Shown here: positions 56,883 through 64,000 of the stretch, one piece after another | Position numbering within the stretch: the stretch's first letter is position 1 | Layout of the letters: every line of letters starts with the position of its first letter | Virus record (IMG/VR): IMGVR_UViG_3300024252_000005 | Reading direction: 5' to 3' (one strand) | Length of the DNA stretch: 64,000 bases | Source of the DNA: a virus | Lineage: Duplodnaviria; Caudoviricetes | The notes under the pieces: generated by a model | The model's database searches: none | Told to the model about the DNA's origin: nothing | Seen by the model: only the letters and a program-made list of their open reading frames with translations | Position numbers and translations under genes: made by a program

Positions 56883-58088
56883 ATGAAAAAATACAAAAAA
56901 AATAATAAAGCGTTTTCTTCTTTAATAACATGCTTGCTTGCAGGTGTATTAGCTGCTATTTCTTTTTTTATAATAAGATTTGGTGTAATTTCAAAAAATA
57001 CTTTACACGAAAAGCAAGCGCTAGATGCTTGTGGACATTCAGTTGGAAACAATATTATTTATACAAATAATATAACTGAATCTTGTTTGAACTCAAATAA
57101 TTCATCTTGTAATCTAAGAGGAAACAATTTAATATCTGAAGATACTGACTTCTCATGTGTTGACAATGGATTAATATGTGAAGATGAAAATAGTTGTTAT
57201 AGAGAATTAGTTGTAACATCAAGATATAACCCAGGAGCTAGATTTGTTGAAAAGTCTGTAAGGGTTAAAGTAAACGAAGAAGTTCATGATGTAGAAAGAA
57301 TTGATGCAGCAGTTGTTTTTCTTCTTGATTATTCTGGATCTATGCAGGGCAATAGAATATTGCAGTTAAAATCTGCAGTTAACAGTTTTATAGACGCAAA
57401 TTATGATCTAAACTACGCTGTTTTAACATATAACGATAACGTTATTGAAGCATCAAGTATTTCAAAAGGTTTTGACCACGATCAAACTGCTAGGTCTATC
57501 GTTAGTAGAAATGTAGCAGGAGGTGGAACAAACTTTATAAGACCTATTCAAAGAGCACTTTCTTTAATATCACAAACTAGTCATGAAGTATACTATATAG
57601 TCCTAGTGTCAGATGGTAGTCCAAATGAAGGAGCAGCTGACTCTATGAATATTGTCAATAATAGAGTCAGATCGATCAATTCAGATCACTGCATATACTC
57701 GACATCATTGAACCCATGTATAACAATATTTTCGTTAGGGGTTGACAATGCAAATACTTCTATTTTAGATTCTTTAAGTGGTAACTCACTAAGTCAAGAT
57801 CATAATGATTTTTCATATGAAATATCTGCAAATGAAACTACATTAGCATTTAGCGCTATAATAAAAGAGATAATGTGCAGAATAGGCCCAGTTGCAACAG
57901 AAGATATTATCTATGTGTTTAATGGTATTGACCCTCTAGAAGAAAACGTAGACTACGTGCATGACAGGAGCAATAAAGCAATTAAGTTTTATGATGTGCC
58001 GCCTTTAAATATATGTGAACAGATAATAAACAATAACGATAATATAACAATAAGGTGGGGGAAACCTTTAGTTGAAGTCATTAACTAG
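56883..58088 (+). CDS. TadG-like pilus-associated protein with von Willebrand A domain
   Basis: Pilin-like N-terminal TM helix after AFS; MIDAS DYSGSM, GGGTNF, VSDGSPN. Confidence 0.75.
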   Translation: MKKYKKNNKAFSSLITCLLAGVLAAISFFIIRFGVISKNTLHEKQALDACGHSVGNNIIYTNNITESCLNSNNSSCNLRGNNLISEDTDFSCVDNGLICEDENSCYRELVVTSRYNPGARFVEKSVRVKVNEEVHDVERIDAAVVFLLDYSGSMQGNRILQLKSAVNSFIDANYDLNYAVLTYNDNVIEASSISKGFDHDQTARSIVSRNVAGGGTNFIRPIQRALSLISQTSHEVYYIVLVSDGSPNEGAADSMNIVNNRVRSINSDHCIYSTSLNPCITIFSLGVDNANTSILDSLSGNSLSQDHNDFSYEISANETTLAFSAIIKEIMCRIGPVATEDIIYVFNGIDPLEENVDYVHDRSNKAIKFYDVPPLNICEQIINNNDNITIRWGKPLVEVIN

Positions 58089-58096
58089 TCCGTTTA

Positions 58097-58615
58097 TTAG
58101 CCAATTTCCCATATCTCTAATCTACCGTAAGCTGTAAAATATCCGTATACACTAGTTGTATATCTATCACCAACAGTATACGACTGATTTGTTGTACCTG
58201 AATAATTTAAACTTACAGATCTTGTGATATTTCCGTTTATAACTATTGCTCTAGCAGCTTCATCACATCTATATAACTCGTTATTTAAATAAGCTTCGTA
58301 ATAATCAGCTTGAACACCTAGCTTTCCTAGCCAACTAGAATTAGTTTCATCGTACCATCTAAATTTTCTATCACTTGACCATTTTGCTGAAGTAAATCCT
58401 GTGCTCGAGCTTAGAGTAGCTTGTAAGATATACTTTTTATTTGCTGCTAAAACTATATCATTACTACTTACTACAGCTGATCCTGATGTTGACGTTCCCC
58501 AGTCAATAGACGGTATTGTTACTTTTGGTGAAGATTGAGAAATAGTTACGCCACTAGTGTCTAATGATATAGATCCAACTTTTAAATCAGGATATAACTT
58601 TGATAAATACGTCAT
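58097..58615 (-). CDS. M[ST]Y-start small beta protein, cassette 4 gene 3
   Basis: Starts MTY; Ser/Thr-rich, C1q/TNF-like pattern. Confidence 0.75.
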   Translation of the reverse strand: MTYLSKLYPDLKVGSISLDTSGVTISQSSPKVTIPSIDWGTSTSGSAVVSSNDIVLAANKKYILQATLSSSTGFTSAKWSSDRKFRWYDETNSSWLGKLGVQADYYEAYLNNELYRCDEAARAIVINGNITRSVSLNYSGTTNQSYTVGDRYTTSVYGYFTAYGRLEIWEIG

Positions 58616-59047
58616 TTATTTATTCCTTAGTACGAAAATTTTTGATTCATCTTCACAGAACCATCCAGTATTATACTTGCCTATTACTTCTACGCTAAAC
58701 GTTCCACTACAAACAGCAAGTATGTCTTCATCAACTTTTCCGTAAGTGCCAGCGGTTTCAGCATTTGTCATTGCTGCATGTGATATTGGCATGCTTGTAC
58801 CTACAGCTTTATACTTATGATAGAAATCACTGCTTGAGTTAGATGAAGCAATATAACCAAATATAATAGATTCATTACTTAACGTAAATTCATTGTTACT
58901 TCCGTTTGCAGTTATCCAGTCATAATCTTCTTGCTTTGTAAGGACACCTTTTATTCCAGATGCAGTCCCGTCAGCGCCAGCTAAAATTCTTGTGCTATTG
59001 CTTCCATTTAATTGGCCAAAATACTTGTTGTTAATTGTATACGTCAT
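58616..59047 (-). CDS. M[ST]Y-start small beta protein, cassette 4 gene 2
   Basis: Starts MTY; directly abuts both neighbours. Confidence 0.75.
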   Translation of the reverse strand: MTYTINNKYFGQLNGSNSTRILAGADGTASGIKGVLTKQEDYDWITANGSNNEFTLSNESIIFGYIASSNSSSDFYHKYKAVGTSMPISHAAMTNAETAGTYGKVDEDILAVCSGTFSVEVIGKYNTGWFCEDESKIFVLRNK

Positions 59048-59505
59048 TTTTTAAATCCTAGAATTATTCCGTAAGAAAGACTATCAATTATTTTTGTAAC
59101 ATCGGATGTGCTTTTATTAGCTTTTATAATTATACTTTTACTGCCATCTAAAGTATCAATTACAGAACTAGATTCCTCTATTGAAGATGAATTACCATTT
59201 GTTCCGTTAATTTTTGCTGTCGTAGTGTTTTCAATAGTAGATCCGTCTGAATAGTGTAGTTTTGTGTATACATAAGTGCTAGTTGAAGTTCTTTCGATCC
59301 CTAGGAAAAATCTAACTATAAATTCATATCCTGACGGCAACGTTATTACATTGCCTGATAAAGTTATAGCATCATCTCCTGACATACTATTAATTGGCAC
59401 AGTATCACTAAAAGATGAAGTTGAAGTAATAGAAAAATCACTTCCTAATTTAAATTCACATAGCAAACTTTCTGCTACGTCTGTAAGGTTTATATTGTAA
59501 GACAT
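59044..59505 (-). CDS. M[ST]Y-start small beta protein, cassette 4 gene 1
   Basis: Starts MSY; ITLSGNVITLPSG resembles C1q/BclA-type jelly rolls. Confidence 0.75.
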   Translation of the reverse strand: MSYNINLTDVAESLLCEFKLGSDFSITSTSSFSDTVPINSMSGDDAITLSGNVITLPSGYEFIVRFFLGIERTSTSTYVYTKLHYSDGSTIENTTTAKINGTNGNSSSIEESSSVIDTLDGSKSIIIKANKSTSDVTKIIDSLSYGIILGFKK

Positions 59506-59642
59506 TTTACTATTTCTTCCTGCTCATCAGAAACCTCAGACCACCCAGGAATATTTAGCGATTTAAAATCTCTTTCATTGATAGTACATTTATTCCACTC
59601 TAATAATAACACTTTAAACTCTTTCCTATTCAGATTGTTCAT
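59490..59642 (-). CDS. 50-aa ORF absent from the ORF track
   Basis: MNNLNRKEFKVLLLEWNKCTINE...; AAGGA SD; resembles the N-terminus of 41594..42271. Confidence 0.45.
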   Translation of the reverse strand: MNNLNRKEFKVLLLEWNKCTINERDFKSLNIPGWSEVSDEQEEIVKCLTI

Positions 59643-59666
59643 TTATGATCCTTAGTAATTACAATA

Positions 59667-59696
59667 CGTGTAAATTAAATATTAATTAAATATAAT
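59667..59696 (+). promoter_or_regulatory. Sigma70-like promoter CGTGTAAATT...TATAAT
   Basis: TGTAAA 59669-59674, 16-nt spacer, TATAAT 59691-59696; upstream of dnaE. Confidence 0.7.
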
Positions 59697-59731
59697 AAAA
59701 CACAAATTAAACATAAACTATAAGGAATAAA

Positions 59732-61507
59732 ATGAATAATACATTTAATACGGAAAGGAGGTATCTAGAGAAGGTTGAACTTGAACTGCTTACACCTAAC
59801 AGATTTGTTAGCTTGCATTCGCATTCAACCTTCTCGTAGATATCTACGTTTGATGGATTAGGTTACCCATCAGATCATATAGACTTCGTACTTTCTGAAT
59901 CACAAGGTATGGATGCTTGGGCACTAACAGACCACGGCAATGGCAACGGTCTTGCTCACGCGCATTCACACGCTGTCAAAATGCAAAAGGCTGGGAAAAA
60001 GTTTAGACAAATCTACGGCGTCGAATTCTACTTCGTTCCTTCACTAGATCAATGGACTAATGACTACACAGCACACCGACAAGCAATTAAAGATGCAAAA
60101 ACTGCTGCTGCTGCAGAAAAGAAGTCTAATGAAGAAATCATCATTGATGCTGATGATGAAAGCGGTGGTCTTGTTATAGAGGATGAAGATGAATCCAAAA
60201 AGATTGATATTCTTAAAGATGAATGGAAACGTCGCTATCACTTAGTAGTCACAGCAAGAAATAGAAAAGGACTTAATAACCTATTTGTTTTAGTAAAGAA
60301 GTCTTACAAAGATGGATTTTATCGATACCCACGTATTGACTTTAAAATGCTTAAAGAACACGGCGAAGGCTTACACGTAAATTCTGCATGTTTAGGTGGG
60401 ATTTTTAGCAATAGAATACTCCGCGGCGTTGCACATGATAAGTCACGTGATGAAATCCAAAAAGATCTTTTAAATCTTACAGACAGATTTACAGACGCAG
60501 TTGGTATTGAAAACTTCAAACTAGAACTACAGTTCAACAAGCTAAACAAACAACACGTTGTTAATGACTACCTTATAGAACATCATAAACTAACTGGTAT
60601 TCCTCTCATCTCAACAGCAGATTCTCATTACCCGAGCAACGATAAATGGCAAGCAAGAGAGTTATATAAGAAACTTGGCTGGCTTGGTAAGAAAGATAAC
60701 TTAACTCTTCCAGCATTTGAAGATCTTAAATGTGAGTTGTATCCTAAAAATGCACAACAAATGTGGGATGAGTTCCTTGAAGGGTACAAAGAACACGATT
60801 TCTATAAAGGTAATGAGCAGTTAGTTAAAGAGTCAATAGAAAGAACGCATGATATTGTTTGGAATGATTTTGAAGACACTTGGATTGATGTAAGTGCAAA
60901 GCTTCCAACAATAACAATACCTGATAAGACACCGTTCAGACACCTATCAGACTTGGTTAAAAACGCTCTCGTTTCTGAAGGTTTACATACTAACAAAGAG
61001 TACGTAGATAGAGCTAAGTATGAGTTGTCTGATATTAAGTATCTTGGCCATGAAGCGTACTTTATCACAATGTATGAGATCTTTAAAAAAGCTGAAACAA
61101 AGACATTATTTGGAGCTGGAAGAGGCTCAGGTGCGGGGAGTTTAGTTAACTACTTGTTAGGCATTACACAACTCGATCCAATTCCTTATAACTTACTTTG
61201 GAGTAGATTTTTAGGCAGACATAGATGTCTAGACGAAGATACTTACGTTATATCTGAATGTGGTAAAAAGAAGATTAAAGATGTTAGTGAAGGCGAAAAA
61301 GTACTAACTCATACAGGTCAGTATAGAAAAATTATTGATAAGGCTGTAACACAACATGATATGGCTGTTGAAATAAAATTTAATGGTCGTAAAATTATTT
61401 GCTCGCCTAATCATCGTTGGATTGTTAATCGTAATGGTAACGAAGTAGAAACAATGGCATGCCATTTACAAAAAGGTGACAAACTTATAAAAAACATCTA
61501 TGCATGA
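59732..61507 (+). CDS. dnaE: DNA polymerase III alpha, N-terminal half (PHP + palm start) fused to N-intein; in-frame TAG at 59837
   Basis: FVSLHSHSTFS*ISTFDG, LTDHG, GVEFY, ADSHY, GRGSGAGSLV.YLLGIT.LDP. Confidence 0.9.
61226..61504 (+). mobile_element. Split intein, N-fragment (93 aa)
   Basis: Block A CLDEDT, block B CSPNHRW, ends L.KGDKL followed by a stop. Confidence 0.9.
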
Positions 61508-62468
61508 TATATTTACCCAAGAAAACCTGCCCGGAAGCGATTATATGGAAGAGAAAGATTACCTCAAAAAAATTTCTTGCAAAAATTGTAATCTAGATTT
61601 TGTAATAAATTTCAAAATGTCAGACCAAGGTTCTATTGCAAAGTGTAACAGATTGTATTGCAGTAACAAGTGTAAAAAAGTGTATCTTAAAAAGAATGGT
61701 TCGAAAAGTTCTATAAAACTTAGATGTAAACATTGCAGCAATGTTTATTTTAAACCAAAGTCACTTTCAATTAACTCAAAATTTTGTAGTAGGATTTGTC
61801 AAAATAGAAGTTACGCAAATGAAAATCAAAAAGATAGAAAACAAATCAATTGTAAAGTTTGTGACAAAGTTCTTTCTGTTATAGAAGGCTCTAAAAGAAA
61901 ATATTGCAGCCATAAATGCAGTCATTTAGGTCAAAAAGGTAATACAAAAATATTTGAATGTGCTGTTTGTAAACAAGAGAAAGTTATATTGGAAAATGAC
62001 AATAGAACTTATTGCGGTAGAAATTGTCAATATAAAGCGCAGTCGTTAGGTATGATAAAAATACCAACAAAAGGTAGAAGCGGTTATAGAATAGACTTGC
62101 CTGCTACGATGTATTTTAAAAGTGCACTTGAAGCAGATTACGCTAGATATTTAAAATTTCTTAATATTAGCTTTAAGTATGAATGCAAGTGTTTTGAATT
62201 AGATGACAGTGGCAAGAAAAGAAGATACACACCAGACTTTTATATAGACAAAGAAGATATGTTTGTTGAAATGAAAGCTGGCAGGAAAGATAAAAAGTTC
62301 TCTAAGAATTTAGAGTGCGTGCAATTAGTAAAAAACTGTGGTTATAATATAAAAGTGATATACATGTCTGAATTTTATGACATGCTTAAAAAAGAAAACT
62401 TATATGAGGAGATTCCAAACATTGAAAGACGAAATTACAAAAAAACAAAACGCCTTATACGAGATTGA
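61500..62468 (+). CDS. Zinc-ribbon-repeat PD-(D/E)xK endonuclease (putative homing endonuclease B) between the dnaE halves
   Basis: CxxC/FCSxxC repeats; YTPDFY...FVEMK; paralogue of 53082..53846. Confidence 0.8.
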   Translation: MHDIFTQENLPGSDYMEEKDYLKKISCKNCNLDFVINFKMSDQGSIAKCNRLYCSNKCKKVYLKKNGSKSSIKLRCKHCSNVYFKPKSLSINSKFCSRICQNRSYANENQKDRKQINCKVCDKVLSVIEGSKRKYCSHKCSHLGQKGNTKIFECAVCKQEKVILENDNRTYCGRNCQYKAQSLGMIKIPTKGRSGYRIDLPATMYFKSALEADYARYLKFLNISFKYECKCFELDDSGKKRRYTPDFYIDKEDMFVEMKAGRKDKKFSKNLECVQLVKNCGYNIKVIYMSEFYDMLKKENLYEEIPNIERRNYKKTKRLIRD

Positions 62469-64000
62469 GGAAATCAACTTTGTACATTACGATCAAGATA
62501 TGATTGATATTGAAGTAGAAGGCGATCACACTTTCTACGTTTCAGAAGACCCCATGAATGAATTTATCTTGACACATAATACAAGCTGGCCGGATATCGA
62601 CACAGATGCTGGAGACCGAGATGAGCTGATCAACGCAGCAAAAGAGTTATATGGCGACGACGCTGTTATTCCAGTATCAAACTTTAACACTCTTAAACTT
62701 AAATCACTTGTTAAAGACATTGCAAAGTTTTATGATATCCCGTTTGACGAAGTCAATAAGGTAACTGGTCCGCTTCAAGATCAAGTTATGCAAAAAGCAA
62801 TGGATAAAAATCAAGAAAAGTCTGTATTTGTCCTTAAACATGAAGACTGCATGAAATACTCTCCTGAGTATAATGAATTTATGACAACTTATCCGGAAGT
62901 TGCTGAGCATGTTGAAACGTTGTTTATGCAAAACAGGGCTATTGGACGACATGCGGGAGGCGTGATAATAGCTGATGCAGATGCACTTGCAGAGTCAATG
63001 CCGATTGTTGGTGTTCGTGGAGAACTACAAACACCGTGGACTGAAGGTATGAACTTTAGGAATCTTGAAGACAACGGTTTTCTAAAGTTTGACTTCTTAG
63101 GTTTAACGCTGCTTAAAGATGTAGAGAATTGCATTTATAGAATCCTAAGAAAAAGCGGAATGAAAAATCCTGCATTCACAGATGCAAGAGCATTCTTTGA
63201 TAAGCATTTAAACTGTAGGTTTGTCAAACAGGATGACCCTAAAGTTTGGGAACATGTGTATAAGGATGGTCACTTCGTTGGTATATTCCAGTTCACAAAT
63301 CAGGGAGCTAGACAGTTTTCAATGGATGCATCGCCTGTAAGTATACAGGAGTTAGCAACAATTACTGCGATATATCGCCCTGGACCGCTTAAAGCAAATG
63401 TGCACAAGAAATATGTTGAGGCAAAAAACAATGCTAATGATATTGTGTACGATCATCCTATCATAGAAGAAGTACTTGGATATACTTACGGCTACTTTTG
63501 CTTTCAAGAGCAATTCATGTTGATGGCACAAAAGCTTGCTGGGTTTTCACCGGGTGAGAGTGATAAGTTACGAAAGACGCTTGTAAAGAAATCACTAGAC
63601 ACTTTGCATTCTAAAGGATCAGAAAAGGCAGTTGCTAGAGAGAAGTTTATTAAAGGTGCCAAAGAGCTCAATGACATCCCTGAGAGTATTTCTTCGAAGC
63701 TCTGGCAAGACATAGAAGGTTTCGCAGTTTATGGCTTCAATCTTTCCCATGCAGTTGCGTATGCTATTGGGTCGTATTACGCGGCATGGCTACATACACA
63801 TCACGAGACTGAGTGGATGGCAGCGATATTGCAATCTGAGAATGGTAATCCTAAAGGAATGTCAAAAGCCATTTCAGAGATTAAGTCGTTTGGATATGAA
63901 ATTGCTGCAATAGATATAAACCACTCTGAAGCTGAATGGGAATATTCTGATGTGTTGAAAGCTTTTGTGCCGCCGTTGACATCGCTTAAAGGAGTAGGTG
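62422..64000 (+). CDS. dnaE: DNA polymerase III alpha, C-terminal half preceded by C-intein (runs off the window; start uncertain)
   Basis: Frame is open from 62359 (ATG 62377, ATG 62404, or TTG 62422 with GAGGAG SD); SWPDIDTD, HAGGV, LKFDFLGL, GIFQF, YRPGP, FNLSHAVAY. Confidence 0.9.
   Translation, partial: MKDEITKKQNALYEIEEINFVHYDQDMIDIEVEGDHTFYVSEDPMNEFILTHNTSWPDIDTDAGDRDELINAAKELYGDDAVIPVSNFNTLKLKSLVKDIAKFYDIPFDEVNKVTGPLQDQVMQKAMDKNQEKSVFVLKHEDCMKYSPEYNEFMTTYPEVAEHVETLFMQNRAIGRHAGGVIIADADALAESMPIVGVRGELQTPWTEGMNFRNLEDNGFLKFDFLGLTLLKDVENCIYRILRKSGMKNPAFTDARAFFDKHLNCRFVKQDDPKVWEHVYKDGHFVGIFQFTNQGARQFSMDASPVSIQELATITAIYRPGPLKANVHKKYVEAKNNANDIVYDHPIIEEVLGYTYGYFCFQEQFMLMAQKLAGFSPGESDKLRKTLVKKSLDTLHSKGSEKAVAREKFIKGAKELNDIPESISSKLWQDIEGFAVYGFNLSHAVAYAIGSYYAAWLHTHHETEWMAAILQSENGNPKGMSKAISEIKSFGYEIAAIDINHSEAEWEYSDVLKAFVPPLTSLKGVG
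62461..62580 (+). mobile_element. Split intein, C-fragment
   Basis: EIEEI...IDIEVEGDHTFY...ILTHN followed by +1 Thr (ACA). Confidence 0.9.

Noticed and set aside
45640-59505. Diversity-generating retroelement acting on the M[ST]Y genes
   Set aside because: No reverse transcriptase in the window and no near-identical template/variable repeat pair differing at adenines; the paralogues are too diverged at the DNA level
61500-62468. Group I intron carrying the endonuclease within dnaE
   Set aside because: The flanks are complete intein N and C blocks with their own stop and start signals, and no intron core elements were recognised
365-63913. Many short antisense or overlapping ORFs in the track (e.g. 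365..757, 1819..2079, 19523..20248, 62889..63134)
   Set aside because: They lie opposite well-supported genes, lack SD sites and have shadow-frame composition
1-64000. Genome-wide stop-codon reassignment (TAG to Gln or TGA to Trp)
   Set aside because: Long genes are intact in the standard code, and TAG (663, 4711, 18165, 48793, 58088) and TGA (9767, 19030, 61507) end genes at plausible C-termini; only one internal TAG and one internal TGA were found
1-64000. tRNA or rRNA genes
   Set aside because: No intergenic stretch shows a cloverleaf with a TTC-loop and acceptor stem; intergenic gaps are short and AT-rich

Overview
64 kb segment of an AT-rich, large (jumbo-type) myovirus genome read in the standard bacterial code. 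1-31.2 kb is a virion module: head-associated proteins, a kinase-like protein, T4 gp13/14/15-like neck and terminator proteins, three tail sheath paralogues, tail tube, a tail chaperone pair with a U7 slippery site, tape measure and baseplate proteins. 31.2-44.5 kb is replication and nucleotide metabolism: PolA-like, gp32-like SSB, RecA, 5'-3' exonuclease, DnaB, dUTPase, NrdA/NrdB, ClpP. 44.5-59.7 kb is accessory: an amidase, canonical ThyX, a candidate nucleotide-modification set (all-alpha NTP pyrophosphatase, divergent Cys-bearing ThyX paralogue, nucleoside deoxyribosyltransferase-like protein, NDP-sugar epimerase), four three-gene cassettes of small proteins that all start M-[ST]-Y, a TadG/vWA protein and a zinc-ribbon PD-(D/E)xK nuclease. 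59.7-64 kb holds dnaE as two genes joined by a split intein, with a second nuclease gene between them. The dnaE N-half also has an in-frame TAG inside a 14-bp palindrome; removing 9 nt there restores the PHP motif spacing. All functional calls come from motif recognition by eye; no searches were run.
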